DNA from: Lama glama
Taxonomy: Eukaryota
Assembly (NCBI GenBank): GCA_028534125.1
Contig: CM052816.1
Span: forward strand, 45,572,001-45,636,000
Direction of reading: 5' to 3'
Length of the DNA: 64,000 bases
In this document: in pieces, positions 24,701-39,700 of the stretch
Numbering within the stretch: position 1 is the first letter of the stretch
How the letters are laid out: each line of letters opens with the position of its first letter
The notes under the pieces: generated by a model
Told to the model about the DNA's origin: nothing
The model's database searches: none
Seen by the model: only the letters and a program-made list of their open reading frames with translations
Translations under genes and position numbers: made by a program

Positions 24701-27700
24701 ACTGTTTTATTGACAATCACCTCATAAAAGATTATCCAAAGGGATGAATAATTTCACCTGTCTGTACCTGTGCTACACCTGGAGCTAGCTCTAGAGGAGC
24801 TACCATGAAATTGAAATAAGAGAGAAGGGAGAGAGGTGAATTTCAGGGCACCTGCTCTGAACAACAACTATAATTTGGTGATTCAGCATATTTAAACTGT
24901 TTCACTGTAAAAGCACATCTACTTTATGAAAAGACCAATGGGTAATAAAAGAGGGGAAACCAGAACAATAGGTTAAATCAAAGGAACATATTTTTAATAG
25001 AATCTACTACTATCATGATGAATGGACAAGCAAATATTTGATATTTTTGAGTCACTGGTCTTACCTCCTCCCTCCAAGTTTAACAACTCAACTTTAAAAG
25101 ATTTCTCCAATTCCGGAATAGAATTATCAGTGATGTTAACAGAAATGTACTTATATCTTTCTCCTGGTTGAAATTCTAAGGTGCCAGCAACACTCTGAAA
25201 TATAAATAGAAGATTTATCCATTAGATTATAATTATTCTATATATGAATGTGTAAAATGAGAATGTTTACTATGTCCTAAATTGTATACATACTGAAACA
25301 GATGAACATAAGCAAAATATAAAATGGAAAACACTTAAGTGGATATGAATCATGTTCAATATAATTCTAAATAAATATTCTTCAATGAAATAAAGTAGGT
25401 GGATTTTTATCTCTCTTATTTGCCTATTCATCAAAAAAGCAGTCAAGGAAAATGAGAAACCTGAATAGGTGACATCCACAAATTTCTAATGAATTGATTG
25501 AATGAGATGCACAGAATTCTCTTGACCAAGTTTACTTAGAACTATTCAAATTATATCACTGACAAACTTAAATACTCAATGCACAATAATAACGGCATTT
25601 TCATTCTAAAAATTTCTCCTAGCGATAAATATCAATCTATTGGGCATTAATCTTTCCTTGATTATACATGCAATCACAATTCACAATATAGATTCCTCAT
25701 CAGAAAAGTTCACAACTCTAAGGAAAACAAAACGTTATTTAAATTCAAAGTCTTAAGGCCCTTTTTTTCTCCCATTATTGAATGTAAGCATTTTGCCCTC
25801 AAGTGATGAGAATGAAATTTAAAGCTGTTTAAATGTTTCTAGGGTTAGCTTGTGTGGACAACTTTATTTCATCTTGTAGAGCAATTAATGATCCTACAGC
25901 TAAATTGAGGAACCCAAGTACCAATCACTAATCACTCATTTATTAACTTTTTTCAGTATCTTCACACAGCATGTGCATGGCACCATTTTAGACACTTGGG
26001 ATTCAAAATCAGCCAAGACAAATCTCTAGTTTCATGAAAACATTCCAGAAGGAGTATTCAGCATGGAATAGAAAACAACTGCTATTAAAGGCACACAGTT
26101 AGCTCATGAAAAATGAGTGGTTAACTTTGCCTAGAGTATAGTCATCAGGGAAGTAATTCCACAAGTCTTAACGACAGAAATAATAGCACTTCTGTTGACA
26201 TGGTTTACTGAATATTTTAAGCCTACTGTCGAGAACTACTTCTCAGGAAAAAAAAAGATTCCTTTCAAAACATTACTGCTCATTGACAAGGCACCTGGTC
26301 ACCCAAGAGCACTGATGGAGATGTACAGTGAGATTCATGTTGTTTCCATGCTGCTAACACAATGTCCATTCTGCAGCTCACAGATCAAGAAGCAATTTTC
26401 ACTTTCAAGTCTTATTATTTAAGAAATACATTTTGCAAGGATATAGCTGTCATAGATAGTGATTGCTCTGATGGAGTCACCATTCTAGATGTCATTAAGA
26501 TTCACGACTCGTTGGAGGAGGTCCAAATTTCAACAGTAGCAGAAGTCTGGAAGAAGTTGATTCTAACCCTCGCAGATGACTTTGAAGGGTTCAAGACTTC
26601 AAGGAAGTTACTACAGATGTGGTGGAAGTAGCAAGAGCAGTAGTATTAGAAGTGGAGCCTGAAGATGTGGACTGAATCGCTGCAACCTCAGCGTAAAACT
26701 TTAGTGGATGCGAAGTCACTTCTTAAGGATAAGCAAAGAAAAGCAGTTTATTGAGATAGATTCTACTCCTGGTGAAGATGCTGAGAAGACTGTGGAAATG
26801 ACAATAAAAGGACTTAGAATACTATATAAACTTAACTGATAAAGCAGCAGCAGGGTGTGAAAGGACTGACTCCAATTTTGGAAAAGTTCTACTATTGGTA
26901 AAACGCTATCAAACAACACTGCATACTATAGAGAAATCACTTATGAAAGGAAGAGTCAGTTGATGTGGCAAATTTCATTGTTGTCGTATTCTAAGAAATC
27001 CCCACAGCCATCCCAACCTGCAACCACCACCATCCTGATGAGTTAGCAGCCATTAACACTGAGACAAGACCCACCATCAGGAAAAGGATTATGGCTTGCT
27101 GAAAGCTAGGATGACAGCTAGCATTTTTCAACAATAAAGGATTTTTAATTAAGCTATGTACATTGTCTGTTTAGACACAATGCTATTGCACGCTTAACAG
27201 ACTACGGTATAGAGTAAATAAAACTGATACACACTGGGCAACCAAAAAATTCATGTGACTCTCTTTACTGCGATATTTCCTTTACTGAATCTGAAGTATC
27301 TCTGAGGTCTGATTGTATCTCCAACCACTGATAGCCAAACTTAAATCTTAATGTCTATTTCAAAGTTCTGCCAGAATTTTTCATTTATGATCTTCCCTTA
27401 AAATCTACGTCTTATCCAACCCTCTCCACAGCACTAAATTGTAGAGTAGCAAGTTTCTTATGCCAGGAACAACGAAGTCACTTTTGACACCCTCTTCTGC
27501 TTTATCCTCCACCCTAAATCATCCTCAAATCCTGCCATTTTAACTCTTAAATATTTCCTGAGCCCACCTACTTGTTTTTAATCTACACCGTTAGCTGCCT
27601 AGTCCAAGACATTATCACCTCTTGCCTTGCTCCACAAAATGGACTCTTTACTGGTCTTTCTGCATCCAGTGTCTTCTAATCCGTTCTCCACAGTTCAGTC

Positions 27701-30700
27701 TAATGATTTTTTATAAATGCATAATACCTTTCAATTGCTTCTTTCTACTTTTAAAAGAAAAGTTACAACATGCAGCATGACCCATAAGGCCTAGAATGAT
27801 CTACGCCCTGCATACTTTATGTTTTATCATCACATCCAGCTTACCACATTCTAGAAACACTGGTCTTCTTTCAGTTCCTCTGACAGCCTGTGCTTTTCCG
27901 TACTTTAGGGCCATTTTACCATTTATTCATGCTATTTTACCAGTCTCAAGGAATTCTTCCCTACTTCATCTAGTCTGCTAGTTTCTCCTCCTTCAATTTC
28001 AGAACTCAGCCTAGATATCACTTTCCCAGAAAAGCCTTTCTTGACTACCCAGACTAAGTGAACACTCACCTTTCTCCAAGAATATCAACCTGAAAATTTC
28101 CTGTAACTGTGATTTAGTCATTACTTAGTTGTTTAATATCACTCTCAAGAGCTAGAAATGAACACCTGGTAGGTGAGGACCACCTCTTGGTATACAGAAT
28201 AAGGTTAAGAACAGTGATGTCTGATACTCAGCTGTCTCCTCTTCCATCTCTTCCATACATGATCACTCCTAGCATGTGTCCTCCCCTCTCCAGCATACCC
28301 ATACACACAGACTCACATATACAGCCTAAGAAATCTTATTCATGCTATCACAGATCACAGAGAGTGGAAGCATCATAGAGAAATGGTAAAGGCGAAAGCT
28401 ACCAGGGTTTCAGTGATAAGCAAAGACAATGGTTCAAAGAGGTAATAATTGTCAAACAAGACATTGAAGCACCCCTGAAAATTTTCAGCAATGTCCCCAA
28501 GGGTATTAGCTTTCTGATAGCCACAAAGAATAAGAACAAAGGTTTTGTTTCATTTTGTTTTAGTTATTAAAGAAAATGATAATCCAGCTGGATATGAGGG
28601 ATAACCATATATGACAAACCCACAGCTAACATCATACTCATACTCCATCAAAGGTGGAAAGCTGGAAGTATTTCCTCTAAGATTAGGAACATGACAAGGA
28701 GGCCCTCTCTTCACCACTTTTATTCAACATAGCTATGTTAAGTCTTACCCAGAGCAATCAAAGAAAAAGAAATAAAAAGAATACAAGTTGGAAAGGAAGA
28801 AGTAAAACTGTCACTGGTTGCAGGTGACATGACACACAAAAAAAACCTAAATAAGTCACCAGAGAACCACTAGAGCTCATCAATGCATTCGGTAAAGTTG
28901 CAGGATACAAAATTAATATACAGAAATCTGTTGCATTTCTATACACTAAAAACAAAGTATTAGAAAGAGAAACTAAGGAAACAATCCCATTTACCATCAC
29001 ATCAAAAAAAATAAGAAGAAGAAAACACCTAGGAATAAATCTACCTAAGGAGGCAAAAGACCTGTAATCCAAAAACTGTAAGACAATAATGAAAGACACT
29101 GAAGACAATACAAACATAAAAAGATATACTGTGCTCCTAGACTGGAAGAATCAATATTGTTAAAATGACCATATTACCCAAGGCAATATACAGATTCAGT
29201 GCAATCCCTATCAAAATACCAATGGCATTTTTCATAGAACTAGAACAATGTTAAAATTTATATAGAAACACAAAAATCCTCAAATAGCCAAAACAATCTT
29301 GATAAGGGAGAACAGTCATGCTCCCTGACTACAGACTATACTCCAAAGCTACAGTAGGGGACTAGCACAAAAACAGACACTTAGATCAATGGCACAGAGA
29401 GCCCAGAAATAAACCCACACACTTATGGTCAGTTAATCTACGACAAAGGAGGCAAGAATATAAATGGAGAAAAGACAGCCTCTTCAATAAGTGATGCTAG
29501 GAAAACTGGATAGTTACATGTAAAAGAAGCAAATTAGAACATTCTCTAACACTATACACAAAAATAAATTCAAAATGGATTAAAGACCTAAATGTAAGAC
29601 CAGATACTATAAACCCCCAGAGGAAAACATAGGCTGAACATTCTTTAACATAAATTGCAGCAGTTTTTTTTTTAATCTATCTCCTGAAGTAAAGGAAATA
29701 ATAGCAAAAATAAACAAATGGGACCTAATTAAATTTAAAAGCTTTGGTACAGCAAAGGAAACCATCAACAAAACAAAAAGACAACATACTGAATGGGAGA
29801 AAATAATTGCAAATGGTATGGTTAATAAAGGGATTAACATCCAACATACATAATTAGCTCATACATCTCAACATCAAAAAAACAGAAACTCAATTAAAAA
29901 ATGGGCAGAAGAACTGACTACACATTTCTCCAAAAAGAAAATGCAGATGGCCAACAGGCACAAGAAAAGATGCTCCACATTGCTAACCATCAGGAAAATG
30001 CAAATTAAAACCACAATGTGATACTACCACACGCTTGTCAGAATGGCTATCATCAAAAAGAGCAGAAATAACAAATGTTGGCGAGGATGTGGAGAAACGG
30101 GAACCCTTGTACACAGGAAATGTAAATTAGTGCAGCCACGGTGAAAAACAGTATGGAGGCTTAGCAAAAAACTAAAGATATAACTACCATATGATCTGCA
30201 ATTCCACTTCTGGGTATATATCCAAAACACACAAAAACTACTTTGGAAAGATACGTGCACCCCAATATTCATAGCAGCATTATTTACAATTGCCAAGAAA
30301 TGGAAGCAACCTAAGAGTCCATCAACAGATGAACAGATAAAGACAATATGGTGCATATATCTACCATGGAATACTACTCGGCCATTAAAAAGAATGAAAT
30401 TTTGCCATTTGCTGCAACATGAATGGACTTGGAGGTTATTAAGTTAAGTGAAGTAAGTCAGACAGAGAACGATAAATAACATACGATATCACTTAAATGT
30501 AGAATCTAAAAAACTACAACTAGTGAATCTAACAAAAAAGAAGCAGACTCACAGATACAGAGAACAAACTAGTGGTTACTGTTGAGACGGAGCAATACAG
30601 GGACTGAAGGAGTAGGAGGTACAAACTAATGGGTGTAAGATAGGTTCAAGGGTGTACTGTACAACATGGGGAATATAGTCAACATTTTATAATAATTGTA

Positions 30701-33700
30701 AATGGAAAGTAACCTTTAAAAATCGTATAAAAATTTTTAAATAGATGAAGGACCTGAATAGTTATTTCTCAAAAGAAGACATACAAATAGTCTACAGCTA
30801 TATGAAAAGACACAAATCATCACTAATTATCAGGGAAACGCAAATCAAAAGCACAATGAGACAGCACCTCACACCAGTCAGAATGGGTATTATTAAAAAG
30901 ACAAGAGATGACAAGTATTGGAAAGGATGTGGAGAAAAGAGTTTGAGAAAGGAGAAATCTGAGAAAATTTTTCTCACTGAAATTCAGCCAAAATTAATTG
31001 AATTCAATTAGCCAAGGTTTCTGGGCTTTAGGAGAAAAAATACAAATTACTGAACACTACACCTTTGTACAGTTCTTATTAGGAAGAAGAGGAAAAACAA
31101 GAAAAACTGAATTTAAAGAAAAAGATTCTTGGGGGGAGGGTATAGCTCAAGTGGTAGAGTGCATGCTTAGCATGCATGAGGTCCTGGGTTCAATCCCCAG
31201 TACCGCCTCTAAAATTAAATAAATCTAATTACCTCCCCCAAAATAAAATAATTAAGTAATACAATAATAAATAAATAAACATTTTTTTTAAAAAAGAAAG
31301 AGAAAGATTCTTTGGGAAAACAAATGTTGAAGGACATAAAATAATTCTTGAGAAGTGTAGCAGAGAAGAAATTATGAGCATTCATTTAATTTGAGTACTA
31401 GTTTTAATATGATGAGGTGACACTTGCTGAGTGTTACTGCATGTGTGCATGCACAGTACATGACATTTACAAAGCTGCCATCAATCCTCAGAGTGATCCT
31501 GCCCAGCAGATATTAGCTCTCTCTTACAGATAAGGAAACTGAGGTTGGGAAAGACTGAGTCTACCAAAACCACACATTTAAAAGACGACTTTAAACCCAG
31601 TTCTTTCCAGTTCCAAATCCCAGGCTTTTTTTTTTTTTTTTTTTTTTTGTCGGTATCATACTGGTTTTCACTTGAAGGGAAAACAAGTTAAAACTGAAAT
31701 GACATGGACATATAATTTTTTTACAATTATGGTTTTGCTTGATGGATACAGACAAAAGGATTTAAATTGTGTAAGAAACATAATTTTAAATATATCTGAT
31801 CAAAACCTGTAACATTAAAATAAATAATACAAACGAAGCCTATGACAAAAATTAGGTATAAGAGGAATCCGTAGGAGAGCTACTTAAGTGTCAGGCTTCA
31901 ATGGACTGAAATACTTTAATTTATGTAAATTTAAAGGCTGAAACGCCCTCAGTGCTTCTTTTCCTTGTGTAGCATGTTCTAGGTACAGTGCCAAGTCCCT
32001 TCCAGTCCTCCAAGAGGATTGTGTCTCTTTTACAAGTGTAAACACCACTTCAAAAGGATTAAGTGATTTACCTGGTAGTCCTCAGGACTGAATGCTGTCA
32101 ATGACACTGTTCTAAATTCCGCTGTAACCCTCCCCAGGAGTCCTTGTGCACGGATGACCAATAACCTGACTTCTCCATCCTCCTCCAGCACAGTGACGTG
32201 TGGAACACTGTTTGCAGGTAGCGTCATTGTGTCCTCAGGCTGGGGAGGCAGGTCTGTGGAGAACTGGAGCAAGCCTGGCCGATACAAAGAGAAGAGGGCA
32301 TTTTTGCCCCCGTTATCCGTGGAAGAATTTCCTACTCACTTGAAACAATCCTGCACAATTATTTTGATCACCGGGATAAAATTCTAAGGACTCTCATTTA
32401 GAAAAGACTTCAGTGAAGATTTGATTAACATGCGTTTGACATGGAATATGTTAGTAAGTTTTCAGGATGTTAAAAATTAAAATGGTAATTTTTCTTGTCT
32501 CTGTCCCAAGAAAGCTTTTTAAAATGGAAGCGTCAATAAAAAGAAAATGGATGACATTTAGAAATACATATTGTTAAACATTTACTTATATCTGAGTCTC
32601 CAGAATTCATTCTTTTTAAAAAATATTGTATTTATTTATCATCATATTATTTAATTATTTTTTATTTTGATGGGGGTCGGGGAGGTAATCAGGTTTATGT
32701 ATTTTTAGAGGAGGTACCAGGACCTCATATATGCTAAGCATGTGCTCTACCATTTGAGCTATGTCCTCCCCCGATTCTTAAACTAGAAGCAGAATAAAAT
32801 TAACACCACCCTGAAGGACTTGGCAACACACATTGTGAAAACTTAACTATGAAAATCATTATCTGAAGAACCTCTCAAGTTTCCTACACAGAGCTTTTAC
32901 TGGGTGTTCTTGCTTCATTCCTACAAAAGAACTATTACTTTTCAATGCAGAAAACAGTCTTGACTTATTAGGACAGACATCTATGATAGTTCCCCAATTA
33001 AGAAAATTATCACTTTCCAGCATAAGATAAAAAAGAAATTAATATAAACAGACAGTGATAACTCTACTTCTTGAAATTTAATAAAACATAAATTACAAAG
33101 TACTTCACTTAGGTGTTAACCTATCACAGAAGGATAATTTTTAAAATTAAAAAAAATGATATCCATGAATAAAAATACTCTTTTTTATTTAAAATAACCC
33201 TGCTTATACTTTTCAAAATATATTATTAAACTTTAGAAATGGCTCTTTACATTTTTTTCATAAACATTCCCTCAACAAGGCAGCTTAGAAGTTCAAGAGC
33301 CAGGAAGTTAGAGGGTCTGAAGGAGTTCTACTTCGATCACTTGCAAAAAGTCCCTTAAGTTCCTGAAAGGATCAAGTACACCCAGAGAAGGGAGGCTTAT
33401 TCTTGCAAAAGGGCGTGGTTACCATATGGATGATCACTAGCTTTGACGGTGATATCTGTCGTTTCCTTCTCAGGATCTATGCTTGCACCACTGGTGGGAG
33501 TAGAACCTAGTTTTCCATCTCCAGGAATTGCAGAAATCAGTGTCACACGAAAATATTCATTAAGTTCAGGAACATCATCATCAAGAACATAAATATTCAA
33601 GACCTATAAATACAAAACGCAGAGGCATTAAGCTATGAGGCATGTGGAAATTGTTTACCACCTACCAGAAGAAAACAAAACAGACAATTATTTCTCATTG

Positions 33701-36700
33701 AGGTTAATATTTAACATGACAGATTTCTACACAAACTGAAGCATTAAAACAGAGAGTGAGGGAGAAAGAGAGGTAGAGAGAGAGAGATCTGAGAAATTAA
33801 TTCTTTAAATAATGGGTGCTGAGCAGTAATATTTTCTGTCTAAAAATATCCTGTTCATGTATAAATAGCACATATGACATACCGATATATCAATATCATA
33901 TCATATATCCTTTGTACCAAAGACAGTGGTATCAGCAACCTCAGGGTGCAGAGTTCCTATTTAAGGAACTGCAGGGTATCTGATAGGACGTGGCAGGATA
34001 GTAGCAAAGGACAGAACATCTATGTCTAGCTCCTACCTAAGGGAAGCCTGACACACTTAGCAGCGGTATTCTAGAAAACAGATTCACAATGGGCCCTAGA
34101 AGTCTGGCATAAACAGTCTGTAAAAAAAAAATTATGAAAAGAAGAAGCAGTAACTCAGTCATGCTCTCCAAATTTAAGTCAAAATCTGAAGTGGAAAAAC
34201 ATCCTCCCTTCTTTTATTAACTGAACAAGCATGCTTTCACACCTACAATCTGCCAGGGTTAGAAATACCCAGTCTCAAAAAGGTTCACAGTCTTCCACGG
34301 AGAGAGACCTATGGGAAAACATTAAAATGCAATGTAAAAATGTCATAATAGAGTGACATACAAAGTGGAGAAAGAAACAATCAACTCTATCTGGTAAAGG
34401 TTTTACAGCAGACATGGTTGAAGCAAGCCTTAAGGGATTAGTTGCAGTTGTAACTAATAATGAGGAAGAACATTCGGAATAAAAGAAACCACAGCATGAA
34501 AGAACAGGACATCTGAGCAACCACACACAGACCACTAAGGCTGGAGTGGGAGAGAAAGCTGGACAGATAATCAGGAGTCAAGATCACAGGGATCTTTTAT
34601 GCTATGATTTTTAAAATGAACTTCATTCCACAGGGAGTAGAGTAAAACTTGAAGAATCATAAGCAGGAGACTGACAAAATGAGAATTCTGTTTTAGAACA
34701 AATACAGCGGCAGAATGTAAACGGAGTGGACACAGGAAGTACAGATGCAAGGGGTTGAGGTAGGAGGTGACTGACCAGAAATAATGAGATTCTGAACTAA
34801 TGCAGTGACAATGGAGATGAAGAAAGATGGATGGACTCGAGACTTGTTCTGAAGACAGAATACCCGGGCCTAATGACTCAACACAGGGAGTGAGGGACAG
34901 GATGGAATGACGTATGATTTCCCAGTTTCTCCCAGAAAGGAGGGTGACAATAGTCTGAAAACAAATTGTAACTGCAAACTCAGTCTCCAAAACACTAGTC
35001 ATTGGACCTAAAAGCATTTGAAGAGCTTCGTTTCAATGAAGTTTTTCCAGAGATTTTGATTCAAATAGGCATAAGGTAGAATCTGAATTTGGTTTTAATG
35101 TTCATTTTTATCAAAATTTTAATTAATAAAGTAATACATGGCACAGCCAATTTGCTCAGAAGAAATGTATAAAAATGACACTATCCAAATTATGTCGTTA
35201 CTGAATTAAAGTGAACAATAATAAGCAGTCTGAAGATTTAAAGTGTCTTCCCCTAGAAAGTAAACTGACAAATGTTGCTATGAAAAGTAACACCAAAACA
35301 TCAAGATGTACTTTAAAAATGAAGCAATTAATATTTGTAAAGCATTGAAAAATACCAAAGTAATGACTCTTTCAGTGAAATGAAGAATTTGAAACTGAAG
35401 ACCCTATCAAGGTACAAATATATTTTACATGGTGACTTAGTACACAAGACAATATTTACCTTAACCATATTACATTCTGCTATTTTTCACTCTATTTTTA
35501 AAATCTTGATCATAACTCACTAAATTGATTTAATAACTAAGGGGCCATTTAAAAACACTTGAGAAACACATTTCCAGTGTAGGTTCCTGTGCTGCACCAA
35601 CACACACACCACACACACACACACACTTTCCAGACTCTCTTACAGCTAGGTTTCTATATGTGATTTAAGTCTATTTAATTAAATGCACTCCCTGGATAAG
35701 TGGAAGGCAGAAGCAAAGTGGAGGCCACCTTGCAGCTGTTTGTGTTATAAAGAAGTCAGGGAACATTGGCAGACATCTCTGTATCCAGCCCCTGGCTTAA
35801 TAAGACTGAGAGGCTGGCACAGATCCAGCTGGCAACGTGTTATAATCCAACCCCAATATTCATGTCATTGTTGTTGCTTTAAAAGTCAATTATTCATGAT
35901 GAAGAAAATTATTTTAAATAAATCTTGGGAGGAGTATACACAACTATTTTCCTGACCAAAATTTTATTAACTCATACCGCTTCCAAAATTTGTATGAATC
36001 CACTTTATAAAACAGTAGTTCCCAGTTATATTTTTATTTCACAGTTGGTACATTTTCCAAGAGAAATTTTTAAAAATCAACTCCATTTCCCAAACAGGAA
36101 CATTAAAAAATTACCACACACTATCATTATTACTTGATAAAAGAAAGAGCACTTTAAATCCAAAAAAGAAGTGAAAAAGACAGCATCAGTATAAAATATA
36201 GTCCTTTAAATTAAATAATTTCAGCCTCACAAAAACTCACTAGTTGTCCTAATTGTCCTCATTTTACCAAACACCAGTAGAACATTTATCATGGCTCTAT
36301 CTGCAGACTGCTAATAAGGAAATTCTGTTATAAATTAACTTGTTTCCTTCTTTCCCCAAACTATAGAGATTTGATCACACTACTTTAGCTTTAACTCTTT
36401 AAATCTTAAGAATATTTTAAATCTTCCCTCAGTTTTATCTTTTTCATCCAATTAACTAAATCCCTTAGAAATTTCTTCAAAGATTGTATTTGTAATCTTA
36501 TGTTATTTTAGTATTTATCCCTGATGATCTATAAGCTATTTATATTTTGATAAAAATTATATTGACATGAATATTCCAACATGATAGACTAAAAGGATGT
36601 TTAAAAAAAATCTGATACAGGAGGAGGGCTCATCTCGATTTCACTTATAAGAACTATCATTTTTTTCCTGGAGCATCTATTCAGAAATCAACTAAGGTTC

Positions 36701-39700
36701 CCAGAAAGTTTTTGATAAAACTAGTTATCACTTGTACTTTCAAAAGAAAGAAAAATTACCTCATTTTTCCAAATTTGAAAGTAAAATGAGATTATAGTTA
36801 TAAGAATTTCTCTTGGCTGATTGCAAGAGTATCATTAAGAATTCTGCAGTTTCTCCTATCAGTAATAACAAAAAAGCCCATAATGACAAATGTTCACACT
36901 ATACCATTTTTATTACATTGAGGTTAAAGAACAGATAAAACTATAACACACATTATTCAACATTCTTAATTTTGCATAAGTAAATACAAAAATATTTAAT
37001 ATGATATATACCTAATCGCCTAAAAATTTTAAATTGCTTAAAAAGCAAGAAGCTGCAAATGAATTACAGAATAAACAGACCAGGAAAAGCTTTCCAGGAT
37101 GCTTTCAAAGAAACAAAGAAGATAAGGGTTTACCTCTGATCTTTGCCAAGGGAGGAATGTGATAGTTCCACTGGCATTAGCAAAATCATCGACGAGGTAA
37201 TTAACGCCATCAGATTCGATCTGTGAGATGGTGTAAAAAACATGCACGTACCCCAGAGCTCCTCTGGTTCGCTCCACCACACATGAAATGGTGGATCCCT
37301 CCTCTGCAATCTGAAATTGAACATAAATTATGTATAAGTATGTACCGATTCAAATCCGTGATAATACTACAATGCTTTCATGAAATTCTTTTATCATAAA
37401 CTTAATTCTGTAACTTTTCTAACTCTCTAAGGAGACCTCTGTATTTCTCCAGATATATCTCTGACTGCTGAGAAGTATTTACAATCATTTGTTTTCCCAC
37501 TCATTCCTTTAGAGGGATAAATAAAGCAAGAACAATAATAATTAACTATACATGGAATTCATTTATTGAAACATCCTGTGTGTCAGGCACTGTGCTAGAT
37601 ATTAAGGTTACAAAAGATTTTTTAACAAGCATAATCCTTCCTCTGGATAAGTCAAAAGAGAAAAACAAACTCATAATTTTACGATGAGTTCAGCAGAGAA
37701 GTGGGAAGAAGAAAGTGGAACATGACATCAGGGAGAACTTTCTAGGCATGGACATAAGAAGTAATAGAGTGGATTTGGTGAAATCATTCCGAGGCTGGTA
37801 TAAAGTGTCCAGCAGGAGAGCCTTGAGGAATTCCTGGTGGGGAAACAATAGTCAGGTAAAGGAGGGCACTGCTGTCATGCTTAATATCTTTTTGGTATTT
37901 GTCCTATATACGTAAGTATACATACATGTGTGCATTCCTTCACGTGGAAAACGTTTTTATCTACACTTTAAGATACTGTTTAAAAGTTATATGGAGCAAG
38001 AAGCTGGAAAATCTTTTAGAATAGGTCTTTACATTCTCAGTCTCTCAATTCAACTTTCCCTCTGATTTCAGATAACCCTCCTTTCATCACTTCACAATAA
38101 CATACAAGCTGCCCTTCCTCTGATGCCCACTTCTACAAGCAAATGATTTTTTCAAGGTATATCCATAGTTATTATCATATTTAAGAATCAAACACTTATT
38201 GTGTAAAACTGTTATTATGCCCCTATTTTTATTCTTCTCTATCACCGACCAATTTTTTGACTTCCTGTGTTTTTCATTATGCAATTTGGCATAATGTGGT
38301 GACTTTCAGGAGCCCATCTTTCACATTACAGCAGAATGGACTGTTCTGAAGGTGGGGCCTGCCAACCCTAAGAGGCTGGAGAGAAGAGGGAGCAGCAAAG
38401 AGACACAGGTGCTCAATACAGCACCTAATTTAGTTTCCACCTAGACATCTACATCAGCATTTTCATCATAGCCGTGGTGGGGTGAAAGGAGTATGGCTTT
38501 AAGATCAAATAGTCCTTAGCACCTTCACTCTACCACTTACCAAGCATTCTCAGTCTCAGTGATCTCTTCTTCAAGTGAAGATCACAACGTCTGACGGATT
38601 TTGGTGGAGATTAAATAAGTATTTACATGATACCTACTAACACAGTAAGTGCTTTAAAAAAATTTAATTTCTTCCCCTTAAAATACAGACACATATACAT
38701 GATAACCAAAAAATGCTACATAAAACATTCCCTCATCTTAGCAAAAATTTATATGCTTGCATATTAAAAACACAAACTAATTCCCATGTATTTAGATTCC
38801 TATCACAATGGGGAAAAATCTGCTCTACTTTCCTATCCCAAATTTTAATCAGAATATTTTCCATGAGTTACATTATAAACCATTAATCCCAACATGTGAG
38901 TGTTCAACCTTTCCCTTTATGCAAGAGGCATAGCTTAAACAGATCCAAAGATACACTGAGGAATGTGATGCTTCCTTACAGCTGTTTACCAAGTCAACGA
39001 CATTACCAGGCAGCATCTGGGGCTAAGCATTTCGCTTGCAGGAATCATATGAGAAGTTATCTCACCACACTTTCATTTAGTAAAGCCTTCACTAAAATTA
39101 TCACCTTCTAACTAGTTTCAGTTTTAAAAAGAAGTGGGAGAAAACTACCCATATCCAATACAAGTGTGTGCAGATACAGGCTATATTATCGAAATTTCAT
39201 AGAAAATTTAACAAATTATTAATTTATACAATAAAGTATATTCTACAAAGTTTTCACTAGAGAAGATGCTTCAAGTATCAAGGGTCCATAAAAAAAGTCA
39301 CATAGGATGCTTGGAAAATCTGCCTTTCATACTTATCAACTTTGGACACAATGCCTGTGATTTGCTTTAAAAATTACTTCAGCCCAAAAAGAAGAAACAA
39401 GATTGGTGAAAGGCTGACAAACGTTGAAGCTAGGCACATGGGTCACTGGGCTCCACTATTCTATTTATTTGTTTTGTGTACATATGATATTTTCCACTTT
39501 AAAAGATTTTTTAAAGGCAGCATTTTGCCTCTCATCCCATCCCAGTCAGAGGTACTGACTCAGAAATGGGTTCTTGATTCAGCAATGGTGTTCAGGAACA
39601 CGCACTAGACATTTCTAACCAAGGCTGTCTACGCACAGCACTTAGAGAAACAGAAGACCAGAGGATGGAATTCGTAATGACCAGAAGATGATTAAGACAG

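Noticed and set aside
26195..26631. Domesticated TIGD/CENP-B-like transposase gene
   Set aside because: Frameshifted and 5'-truncated; an ordinary Tigger1 fossil.
28758..30356. Hydrophobic minus-strand ORFs resembling membrane proteins
   Set aside because: Antisense translations of the L1 fragment.
31131..31208. tRNA-Ala(AGC) gene
   Set aside because: Anticodon and T stems pair, but the acceptor stem has mismatches, and the head continues into a SINE tail with a TSD and has a second copy nearby.
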